In this document: in pieces, positions 8,890 to 17,841 of the stretch
How positions within the stretch are numbered: position 1 is the first letter of the stretch
Layout: every line of letters begins with the position of its first letter
Source of the DNA: Clostridia bacterium
Lineage (GTDB): Bacteria; Bacillota; Clostridia; CAKSNL01; HGM11501
DNA: 57,599 nt
Assembly (NCBI GenBank): GCA_045545475.1
Contig: JAZQAZ010000003.1
Coordinates: forward strand, 1 to 57,599
Direction of reading: 5' to 3'
The notes under the pieces: generated by a model
What the model saw: the letters and a program-made list of their open reading frames with translations, nothing else
Databases searched by the model: none
Told to the model about the DNA's origin: nothing
Program-made: the position numbers and the translations under genes

Positions 8890-11800
8890 ATGAATAAACG
8901 ACTTGTTTCTCTGGCACTTGTACTTTTGATGCTTGTCTCAACGGTTTACATCGCAGCCTTCGCAACCGAAGAAGGACAAATCAAAAACATCATTTATTTA
9001 ATACCCGACGGCGGAGGATATCCCCTTTACGATTTTGCCAATATGGTTAAAATCGCAGGCGGCCTTTCGGATGAAAAATTCCCCTATAAAACACTTACGG
9101 ACACCACACCTATGGCTATGCGTGCCTATCTTGCCGGAAGCATGACCACTTCCCCCGTAACAGGCGGAGTAACAGACTCTGCGGCAGCAGGTACCGCCAT
9201 GGCGACGGGCCATAAAACAATAAACGGCTATCTCGGCGTTGACAGAGCAGGAGTTCCCAAGGCTAATTTAGTGGAGGCGGCAGAATCTGTCGGCAAGTCA
9301 ACAGGGTTAATCGCAACCTATGAATGGGTGCACGCAACACCTGCTTCCTTCTCCGCCCACGCTATGAACAGAAGTGACTATAAAAACATTTACGAGCAGA
9401 TGGAAAACAAGGGACTCGAGGTAGTTCTCGGTGCAGGCTACGGTGCTGTATCGGAGTATGCCACCATTCAGAACGCCATTGATAAAGGGTACATCATCGT
9501 TGAAGGCTGGGAGGATTTAGACGCTGTACGTCCCGGCGATACGCTCTGGGGTAACATTGCAAACCCAAGCTTTCCCTATGACATCAAATTAAACGGAAAA
9601 CAGGCAAACTTAGAGGAAATGACACGCGCAGCAATCACTGCTCTTTCAGGAGATCCCGACGGATTTTTCCTTATGGTTGAAGGCAGCAAGGTCGATACAG
9701 GCGGCCACTTAAACGACGCCCTCGTTTCTACCAGCGAATACCTGGCATTTGATGCAGCCTTCCGTGCGGCACTTGAATTCGCAAAGGGACGAACGGATAC
9801 AGTTGTAATCTGTGCCCCCGACCATGATACAGGTGCACTCAATCTTCCCGAAAACGCCGCACCTTACGTTGAAGAAGTAAGAAACGGCATAACTCCCACC
9901 GGCATGACCTGGGGTACAACAGGCCACTCCGCTCAGAACGTGGGTGTATGGGCATACGTTCCCGAGGGAGTTACATTACCGGAGGGACTTAATCCCGTTT
10001 TGGGCGATACGGAAAAGACCAGAACAGACTATGTTATCGACAACACCGCTCTTGCCCCCTGGTGTGCGGATTTAATGAACGTTGACCTTGACACTTTATC
10101 TAAAGAGCTTTTCTGCGATGTTACATCCATCGGTACCTACCTTCCCGCAACAGGCAAATTCACCTTTGCGAGCGGCGATAAGTACGTCTATGCAAACATG
10201 GACGAATACTATAAAAACGGCGAAAAAATTTCAACAAACGGAAAGGTTGCCCTGGCTCTCAACGGCAAATTCTACGTTCCTTCAGAAATGGTTGAGGAAG
10301 ACGACTGGAACTTTGTTTCTACCGAGAGAGAAGGCATAACCGGAACTGGCACTGCATCAGACCCCTACATCATAGACGATGCCTATGACTTTATTGAGTT
10401 TTCCGCAAACCTTCTTTCAGGCACTAATTATGAAGGAAAATATTTCCGCCAGGATAAGGATATTGACCTTACCGGTGAGGATTACGCCGGTGTCAACGAA
10501 AGTGCCACATTTGCAGGCACATACGACGGTAACGGTCACAAAATAACAGTTAACCTTACCACAAATAAAAACAGCACCCTTTTCCCATATGTTACAGGAA
10601 AAATCATGAATTTGGGCTCTGACGGAAGCATAACATCAACGGCTAACTATACAGCCGGCATCGCACGAAGCCTTCGTGCAGGAAGTATCATGTCAAACTG
10701 CTGGTCGAATGTATCAGTTACCGCACCAAGTGCCTGCGGTCTTGCATACTCAAACTACGGCACAATTGAAAACTGCTTCTTCGGTGGAAAGCTTTCGGGA
10801 ACAACAATGTATCCCATTGGTGCTCCCCACGGTGATTCCAATAAAACCTTAAATTGCTTCTATATTGAGGGTATAGGTAACAAAGTAGTTGATGGTGCGT
10901 ACCCCGTAAGCGAAAAAGAAGCAAAAGAAACCCTTGCCGAAGAACTCAATCAGGGAAGAAAGGTGGCAGCAGGAACGCTTGGCGTAAACGAGGATGAGCT
11001 TTCCTACTGGACAAACGAAGAAGGGTTCCCAACTCACTACACCCCGATTCCCGTGGTTGAAAAGGTTATAATCACTCCCGAAGGTGCAGTTGTTTCCAAA
11101 GGAGACGGAGCATTCTTTACGGCAGAGGTTATAGGAAAATTCAAGCCTTCTACAGATGTCACCTGGTCTGTCGAGGGCGAAGTTAAAGAAGGTACCTTCA
11201 TAGCTGATGACGGCTATCTTACAGTTGATAAAGACGAAACTGCCAAGTCCTTTAAGGTTATGGCAAAGTCCAACCAGGACGGAAGCGTAACCGACGTTGT
11301 GTCCGTTACGGTGGGGCAATTTGCAAAGACCGAACCTGACGGAAGCCGTTCCCGCCCCTATTTAATTTCCTCGGCTGATGATTTTATTGCTTTTATGGAT
11401 GAGGTTGCATCGGGCGATAATAAATCCGGACTCTACTTTAAGCAGACAACCGATATTGACCTTGCAGGAACTTCATTTAAAGGCCTCGGTGGCTCTAAAA
11501 CCTTTGCAGGTATATATGACGGTAACGGCTATACCATTAATATTGATATGGCTTCAAGCACCGACCTATGCTTGTTCCCATACACCACCGGCACTATTAT
11601 GAATTTAGGTGTTACGGGAAAAATTAAAAACGGCACCTTTGCCGCTGCGATTTGCCGTTCTATAAGAAAAGAAGGAAAGATGATTAACTGCTGGTCCGAC
11701 GCCTACGTTGAGGGAGCAAACTTAGGCTCAATTGCCTGGTCAAATTACGGCATTATGGCTAACTGCGTATTTACCGGAACTGCGGTGGCATCCGGAAGCA

Positions 11801-12411
11801 GCTATGCTGTGACAAACAGAATAGAAGACTCTGTTACAAGTAACACCTATCAGCTTGGCTCAGCATACATTCCCGATAAGGAAATATCTGAAGTTACAGC
11901 ATCGCAGGTTGAAAAGAATCTCGCATCCTGGCTGAATGAGGGAATTAAAAGTGCCGCAAAATTGGTAAATCTTCCAAAATCCTTCCTTAAGACATGGACT
12001 TTTGAAAACGGAAAAATAGGTTTTGGCACACCAAAGGAAAACAACGATATCGTTTTGACCATTGACAAGAAGGAGGCATTGGTTTTCGGCGAATTGAAAG
12101 AAAACGATGTTGCTCCCTTAATTACAAACGGAAGAACAATGCTTCCTGCCCGCTTTGTCACAGAAGCTCTGGGCGGAACGGTTTCCTGGGATGGTGAAAA
12201 ACGAGAGGTTACAATTGAAAAGGAAGGCTTAAAACTCGTCCTTACAATTGACAAGGATGTTGCCATTCTGAACGGAGAAGAAATAAAACTGGACGCTCCG
12301 GCTTTCATCGAAAACGGAAGAACATACACCCCTGTACGTTTCATTGCAGAAGCATTGGGTGCTTCCGTTTCCTGGAACGCAGAAACCAGGGAAGTTACAA
12401 TTACAAAATAA
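8890..12411 (+). CDS. Secreted alkaline phosphatase fusion 1: AP + GLUG-like + Ig-like + GLUG-like + CAO-N
   Basis: Signal peptide; LIPDGGG, VTDSAAAGTAMATG, HATPA, MVEG..D...H, PDHDTG, GHSAQNV; GTGTASDPYII/FAGTYDGNG; GRTMLPARFVTEALGG..WDG. Confidence 0.9.
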   Translation: MNKRLVSLALVLLMLVSTVYIAAFATEEGQIKNIIYLIPDGGGYPLYDFANMVKIAGGLSDEKFPYKTLTDTTPMAMRAYLAGSMTTSPVTGGVTDSAAAGTAMATGHKTINGYLGVDRAGVPKANLVEAAESVGKSTGLIATYEWVHATPASFSAHAMNRSDYKNIYEQMENKGLEVVLGAGYGAVSEYATIQNAIDKGYIIVEGWEDLDAVRPGDTLWGNIANPSFPYDIKLNGKQANLEEMTRAAITALSGDPDGFFLMVEGSKVDTGGHLNDALVSTSEYLAFDAAFRAALEFAKGRTDTVVICAPDHDTGALNLPENAAPYVEEVRNGITPTGMTWGTTGHSAQNVGVWAYVPEGVTLPEGLNPVLGDTEKTRTDYVIDNTALAPWCADLMNVDLDTLSKELFCDVTSIGTYLPATGKFTFASGDKYVYANMDEYYKNGEKISTNGKVALALNGKFYVPSEMVEEDDWNFVSTEREGITGTGTASDPYIIDDAYDFIEFSANLLSGTNYEGKYFRQDKDIDLTGEDYAGVNESATFAGTYDGNGHKITVNLTTNKNSTLFPYVTGKIMNLGSDGSITSTANYTAGIARSLRAGSIMSNCWSNVSVTAPSACGLAYSNYGTIENCFFGGKLSGTTMYPIGAPHGDSNKTLNCFYIEGIGNKVVDGAYPVSEKEAKETLAEELNQGRKVAAGTLGVNEDELSYWTNEEGFPTHYTPIPVVEKVIITPEGAVVSKGDGAFFTAEVIGKFKPSTDVTWSVEGEVKEGTFIADDGYLTVDKDETAKSFKVMAKSNQDGSVTDVVSVTVGQFAKTEPDGSRSRPYLISSADDFIAFMDEVASGDNKSGLYFKQTTDIDLAGTSFKGLGGSKTFAGIYDGNGYTINIDMASSTDLCLFPYTTGTIMNLGVTGKIKNGTFAAAICRSIRKEGKMINCWSDAYVEGANLGSIAWSNYGIMANCVFTGTAVASGSSYAVTNRIEDSVTSNTYQLGSAYIPDKEISEVTASQVEKNLASWLNEGIKSAAKLVNLPKSFLKTWTFENGKIGFGTPKENNDIVLTIDKKEALVFGELKENDVAPLITNGRTMLPARFVTEALGGTVSWDGEKREVTIEKEGLKLVLTIDKDVAILNGEEIKLDAPAFIENGRTYTPVRFIAEALGASVSWNAETREVTITK

Positions 12412-12414
12412 TAA

Positions 12415-12451
12415 AAAGATACAGAAGCTTTCGGCTTCTGTGTTTTTTTTT
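12415..12451 (+). terminator. Intrinsic terminator
   Basis: ACAGAAGC-tttcg-GCTTCTGT followed by T run. Confidence 0.8.
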
Positions 12452-12482
12452 ATAAAAACGAAAATTAATAGTAAAAAAAGTG

Positions 12483-12511
12483 TTGCATACTTCCACTTTC
12501 TTTGATATAAT
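12483..12511 (+). promoter_or_regulatory. Promoter of phosphatase gene 2
   Basis: TTGCAT-17bp-TATAAT, paralogous to 8832 and 17785. Confidence 0.7.
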
Positions 12512-12540
12512 AATTTCATATACAATAAGGAGGAATAACT

Positions 12541-15500
12541 ATGAAAAAAAGACTTATTTCACTGTTTCTTGTCCTTATGATGCTTGTTCCCTCGATTTTT
12601 ATAACATCCAATGCATCAGAAGTTCAGATTAAAAACATCATTTACTTAATTCCCGACGGAGGTGGCTATGGTCCTTACGATTTTGCCAACATGGTTAAAA
12701 TCGCAGGTGGTTTTGATGTAACGAAGTTTCCCACTAAAACTCCCACCACCACCGATCCCATGACCATGCGTTCCTACCTTGCGGGAAGTATGACAACCGC
12801 ATGTATAACAGGCGCTGTCACAGACTCTGCAGCAGCAGGAACCGCTATGGCAACAGGTGTTAAAACCATTAACGGTTTTGTCGGTATCGACAGAGACATG
12901 ATTCCCGTAGCCAATCTTGTTGAAGCGGCGGAATCGGTCGGCCTGTCAACGGGTATCATTTCCACCTACCACTGGGCTCACGCAACACCTGCCGCTTTTA
13001 CAGCACACGCAGAGGACAGAAATGACCTCTTAAACATCTATCAGCAGATAGAAAATAAAGAGCTCGAAGTTGTTCTCGGCGTAGGCTATGGACAGGTTTC
13101 TCAGTATGCCACCATCCAGAACGCCATAGATGCAGGATATACTGTTGTTGAAACTAAAGAGGATTTATTAGCTGTCAAGCCCGGCGACAAAATCTGGGGA
13201 AATGTAGATCCCAAAGGCATTCCTTATGACGTATATACAGAAGAAGGTGAACCGACTTTAGCAGAAATGACAGCAGGAGCAATCGAAGCTCTCAAAGGCG
13301 ATTCCGACGGTTTCTTCCTTATGGTTGAAGGCGGCAAGGTCGATACAGGCGGACATGCTAACAGTGCCAACACAACAACAAGCGAATATCTCGCTTTTGA
13401 TGCGGCATTCCGTGTTGCAGTAGACTTTGCAAAAGGCCGTACAGATACAGTTGTAATTTGTGCTCCCGACCACGATACCGGCGGAATGATTATTCCCGAA
13501 GATCCCGAAGTTGCCGCAGCTGCTGTTGCAGCGGTAATGGCAGGTGAAAATCCCGAAAGCATTACCTGGGAATCATACAGCCACACAGCACAGAATGTCG
13601 GTGTATGGGTTTATGCTCCCGAAGGCGTAGCTTTAATTGACGGCTTAAACGAAACCCTGGGTGACACAGCAGAAACCAGAGAAGATTATGTTATCGATAA
13701 CACAGACATTGCTCCCTGGTGTGCCGATTTAATGGGCGTTGACCTTGAAGCTTTGTCCGAAGAACTTTTCTTAGATGTAACCACAATAGGTCAATATAAC
13801 GTGCTTGAGAGAAAATTCACCTTTAATAACGGAGACGGAAGCAAATATATCTACGCTAATCAGGACGAATACTATAAAGATGGTGAGACAATTTCCTTAA
13901 ACGGTAAAACCTCCATGTATCTCAATAACCACTTCTACGTTCCTGCAGAAGTGGTAGATGAAGAAGACTGGGATCATGTTACCGAAGCTCCTCCCCGCGA
14001 CGGAATAACCGGAACAGGTACAGCTTCCGATCCTTACATCCTTGACGATGCTTATGATTTTATGGAATTTACCGCCAATATGATTGCAGGAACCACTTAC
14101 AGCGGCAAATACATCCGTCAGACCAAGGATATTGATTTAAGAACCTTTACCGAATATAAGGGTATTGGCAAAAGCTTCAATTTTGCAGGTACATACGACG
14201 GATACGGAAAGAAATTATTGGTTTCCATAACATCTGATGCAGATGTTTCTGTTTTCCCTGTAGTAACAGGCTCTCTTATGAATGTAGGTACAGAAGGAAC
14301 TATTACATCTATCGGAAGCGGTGCTTTTGCGGCAGGTGTAGCATATTATGTAGGCCCCGGCGGAAAAATTGTAAACTGCTACTCAAACGCAACTGTTAAA
14401 GCAGCCTATACCGGAGGTATCACAACTTATAACGAAGGCTTAGTCGGAAACTGTTCTTTCTGCGGAACATTAACCAGCAGTAAAAGCAGAGCAGTTCCTG
14501 TCGGCATGGCAAAAGGCAATGCCTCCGAATTCTGGGAGTGCTATTATTTAGATGGTGTGGGCAATTATGCTTTGGATGTAGCTGTTGCGGTAGGTGAAAC
14601 TGTTGCTAAAACCCAGTTGGCGGAAACATTAAACGCTAACCGCAAGGATGCTGCAACAAAGCTTGGCTTCAGCAGTTCAAGCCTCGTATCCTACTGGAAC
14701 AACGATTACGGATACCCCATACACGGTGCTCCTAACCCTGTTGTAGAAAGCGTAACCATTACTCCAAGTGAAGCAGTTGTAAAGAAAGGTGAATGCATCC
14801 AGCTTTCAGCCGAAGTAACAGGTAAGTATAATCCTTCTCAGGATGTTACCTGGTCAATCGAAGGTGATGTTTCAGAGGATACAACAATCACTTCTGACGG
14901 ATACCTTACCATATCCCCTGAAGAAAAAGCTACTTCCTTTACAGTAATGGCAAAGTCCCATCAGGACGGCGGTAAGGTTGATGTTATCACCATAACAGTA
15001 TCTGCCGATGAAGGCGAAGAACCCGGCGGCGGTGAAGAGCCCGGGGAAAGCGAAAAGCCTGACGGAACACTTGAAAAGCCTTATCTCATAGAAACAGCTG
15101 CAGATTTCAAGCAATTTACCGACAGTCTTATTTCAGGAAGCACGTTCAGCGGAAAATACTTCCTTCAGACAGAAGACATTGATATGTCAGAAGTTTCCGG
15201 CTATCTGGGTGCAGGTTCCACTGCTGAATTTGCCGGAATATACAATGGTAACGGAAAGAAAATCAAGGTTAATATAACATCCGATGAGGATACTTCTGTT
15301 TTCCCGAATCTTTCAGGCGTTATTATAAACTTAAGCACAGAAGGTTCTGTCACATCTAATAAGAGCAACGGCTATGCAGCAGGACTTGTATATTACATCG
15401 GCTCTACCGGTAAAATAGCAAACTGCTACTCAACTGCACATGTCAGAGCAACATATGCCGGCGGTATCACAACTTACAGCAGAGGTCTTGTCGGAAACTG

Positions 15501-16869
15501 TGCTTTCTTCGGCTCTTTACGCGGCGGTAAATCAAGCGTTCCGGTCGGAATAACCACAAGTAATGCTACCTGCGAATTCTGGCAGTGCTATTATTTGGAA
15601 GGCACAGGCACCTACGCATTAGAAGTGGCTACCGCAGTAACTGAAACAACTGCAAAAACCACCCTTGCAGCAACATTAAATGCAAACCGCAATACTGTTG
15701 CGACAAAACTTGGTTGCAATGCAGAACTTGTATCTTTCTGGAACAACGATTACGGCTACCCCCAGCACGGCGAACCTAAGCCTGTCTTAAAAGACATTAC
15801 CATTTCTTTCACTCCTGCGACAGGCGGTTCAATTTACTATGACAACAATCCCGTAGGTGGTTCAGAATCCTTCGTTCAGGGCGAAGAAATAACTCTCAAA
15901 GCAGTTCCCGAAGAAGGCTCGGAATTCAAGGCCTGGACCAATGCAACTACAGGAAAAATCATCACAACTGATGAAGAATACACCTTTACAGCATATACCA
16001 ACAGAAAGTTGCTTGCTCTTTTTGCCGACGAGGCTTCTGACGATGTTTTCGTAAGCTTTATAAGCAAGAATAACCAGTACATATATTACAGCTATCTCGC
16101 AAAGGGCACCGATGTTTCAACAGTTGCTCCCTCCCCCGAAAAGATGTATGTATCGGGCTATTCCTGGAACGGATTTATACCCCTGCCCGATGTTGTAAAT
16201 GCAAACACCGATTATAAAGGCAGCTATACAAAAAATCCCGATACATATGAAATAAAGATTTCGGGCGGTGCCGACAAAAAGGGAAACACCGAAATTGCTT
16301 TAGGCTATAACTCTTCTTGCACAGTTGTTGCAGACACTCCCGATTCGGGCAAGGTGTTTACAGGCTGGCTCATAAACGGAAGACTTGCAAGCTTAAATCC
16401 CGAATTTACCTTCTATGTTTTCGGAGATATGACTGTCGAGGCAACCTTCGGCACTTCATCTGATGATGTTCCCTTTGTAACATTACTTGATATAACAAAA
16501 TGGCTAAACGGAAGTTACAATATGGTTTCCCTCACGGGAACAAGCTATCTTCCCGAAGGCTACACCTTCTCAGAAGCAGGTATTCTTTATGTAAAAGCTG
16601 AAACAGATTCAGAAACCCTCATACTTGAAAACGAGGGTGAAAAGGTTTCAGATAAAGAGATAAAGAGAACCTCTGTTTCAGAAAATCAGATGTTCAAGCT
16701 TTCCGCAAGCTATGCCGAAACAGGTCTGACCGCAAGAGGATATCTTGTATACCTTGATTCTGACGGAGAAAGACAGGTCATCTACACCGATATAAACTAT
16801 ATCAGCAATGCTCCTGTTTCCGCAACTTCAGCAGGAATTGAAGAAAACATCGACTTCGAAAATCAATAA
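12541..16869 (+). CDS. Secreted alkaline phosphatase fusion 2: AP + GLUG-like + Ig-like + GLUG-like + InlB-B/bacterial-repeat-like C-terminus (no CAO-N)
   Basis: Same AP motifs as gene 1; EEPGGGEEPG linker; ITLKAVPEEGSEFKAW and GKVFTGW repeat motifs. Confidence 0.88.
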   Translation: MKKRLISLFLVLMMLVPSIFITSNASEVQIKNIIYLIPDGGGYGPYDFANMVKIAGGFDVTKFPTKTPTTTDPMTMRSYLAGSMTTACITGAVTDSAAAGTAMATGVKTINGFVGIDRDMIPVANLVEAAESVGLSTGIISTYHWAHATPAAFTAHAEDRNDLLNIYQQIENKELEVVLGVGYGQVSQYATIQNAIDAGYTVVETKEDLLAVKPGDKIWGNVDPKGIPYDVYTEEGEPTLAEMTAGAIEALKGDSDGFFLMVEGGKVDTGGHANSANTTTSEYLAFDAAFRVAVDFAKGRTDTVVICAPDHDTGGMIIPEDPEVAAAAVAAVMAGENPESITWESYSHTAQNVGVWVYAPEGVALIDGLNETLGDTAETREDYVIDNTDIAPWCADLMGVDLEALSEELFLDVTTIGQYNVLERKFTFNNGDGSKYIYANQDEYYKDGETISLNGKTSMYLNNHFYVPAEVVDEEDWDHVTEAPPRDGITGTGTASDPYILDDAYDFMEFTANMIAGTTYSGKYIRQTKDIDLRTFTEYKGIGKSFNFAGTYDGYGKKLLVSITSDADVSVFPVVTGSLMNVGTEGTITSIGSGAFAAGVAYYVGPGGKIVNCYSNATVKAAYTGGITTYNEGLVGNCSFCGTLTSSKSRAVPVGMAKGNASEFWECYYLDGVGNYALDVAVAVGETVAKTQLAETLNANRKDAATKLGFSSSSLVSYWNNDYGYPIHGAPNPVVESVTITPSEAVVKKGECIQLSAEVTGKYNPSQDVTWSIEGDVSEDTTITSDGYLTISPEEKATSFTVMAKSHQDGGKVDVITITVSADEGEEPGGGEEPGESEKPDGTLEKPYLIETAADFKQFTDSLISGSTFSGKYFLQTEDIDMSEVSGYLGAGSTAEFAGIYNGNGKKIKVNITSDEDTSVFPNLSGVIINLSTEGSVTSNKSNGYAAGLVYYIGSTGKIANCYSTAHVRATYAGGITTYSRGLVGNCAFFGSLRGGKSSVPVGITTSNATCEFWQCYYLEGTGTYALEVATAVTETTAKTTLAATLNANRNTVATKLGCNAELVSFWNNDYGYPQHGEPKPVLKDITISFTPATGGSIYYDNNPVGGSESFVQGEEITLKAVPEEGSEFKAWTNATTGKIITTDEEYTFTAYTNRKLLALFADEASDDVFVSFISKNNQYIYYSYLAKGTDVSTVAPSPEKMYVSGYSWNGFIPLPDVVNANTDYKGSYTKNPDTYEIKISGGADKKGNTEIALGYNSSCTVVADTPDSGKVFTGWLINGRLASLNPEFTFYVFGDMTVEATFGTSSDDVPFVTLLDITKWLNGSYNMVSLTGTSYLPEGYTFSEAGILYVKAETDSETLILENEGEKVSDKEIKRTSVSENQMFKLSASYAETGLTARGYLVYLDSDGERQVIYTDINYISNAPVSATSAGIEENIDFENQ

Positions 16870-16872
16870 AAT

Positions 16873-16898
16873 AAAAAAAGACCGTAAGGTCTTTTTTT
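16873..16898. terminator. Bidirectional terminator
   Basis: AAAAAAAGACC-gtaa-GGTCTTTTTTT. Confidence 0.8.
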
Positions 16899-17086
16899 AT
16901 TTTACCGCAGCTGTGATATCATATCCGCTTGCCCCGGCTTTGGCAAATGCTCTTTCTGCTTTGCTCATCGAAAGCAATTTCTTAAGCACCTTTGTATCAC
17001 TCAGTTTGCTTAATACGCCAGAATATATACTTCCAATACTGCTTGCAAAAAGTTGACAAAAAAGGTACGTCCCCTTTTGTCTCGCG

Positions 17087-17713
17087 GAAAGTGCAACTGT
17101 TGCCAGGGGCAAAGGTATATTACTTACCGCAAAGGTAACAGGTAAGTACAATCCTTCACAGAAGGTTACCTGGTCTGTTGAGGGGCTGGTTAAAGAAGAT
17201 ACATTTATAAGCGCTGATGGTTTTCTTACAGTTGCCACAGACGAAACTGCAAAAACCCTCCTGGTTATGGCAAAGTCCAATCAGGACGGCGGTAAGGTTG
17301 CTACCGTAACAATAACTGTTGCAGCGGGTGAAAAAGCAGAAAACAAAGACATCGTCTTAACCATCGACAAAAAGGAAGCCTCCGTTTTCGGTGAAATTAA
17401 GGTAAACGACGTTGCTCCCTTAATTACAAACGGAAGAACAATGCTTCCTGCCCGATTTGTTACAGAAGCTCTGGGCGGAACGGTTTCCTGGGATGGTGAA
17501 AAACGAGAGGTTACAATTGAAAAGGAAGGCTTAAAGCTAATCCTTACAATTGATAAAGACACCGCAATTCTTAACGGAGAAGAAGTAAAGCTTGATGCTC
17601 CCGCCTTCATTGAAAACGGAAGAACCTATACACCCGTGTGCTTCATTGCAGAAGCACTCGGTGCTTCCGTTTCCTGGAACGCAGAAACCAAAGAAGTTAC
17701 AATTACAAAATAA
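17087..17713 (+). pseudogene. Orphan 3' cassette (Ig-like + CAO-N) of a fourth phosphatase paralog
   Basis: 627-bp open frame colinear with 20047-20673; in-frame TGA at 17054; no RBS, signal peptide or upstream start. Confidence 0.8.
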
Positions 17714-17716
17714 TAA

Positions 17717-17756
17717 AAAGATACGGAAGCCTCTTTCGGCTTCCGTATCTTTTTTT
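17717..17756 (+). terminator. Intrinsic terminator homologous to that after gene 1
   Basis: AGATACGGAAGCC...GGCTTCCGTATCT plus T run. Confidence 0.8.
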
Positions 17757-17784
17757 AAAAAGCGAAAAGCAATAGTAAAAAATA

Positions 17785-17813
17785 TTGCATACTTTCTCTT
17801 TTTGTGATATAAT
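17785..17813 (+). promoter_or_regulatory. Promoter of phosphatase gene 3
   Basis: TTGCAT-17bp-TATAAT. Confidence 0.7.
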
Positions 17814-17841
17814 AGAACCATATTCAATAAGGAGGAACAAA

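Noticed and set aside
17267-17713. Independent 148-aa gene
   Set aside because: The ATG is an internal Met of the paralogs (VMAKS); homology extends 60 codons upstream; no RBS or signal peptide
17785-17841. N-terminal extension of phosphatase 3 from TTG 17785
   Set aside because: The TTG is part of the -35 box; RBS and signal peptide fit ATG 17842
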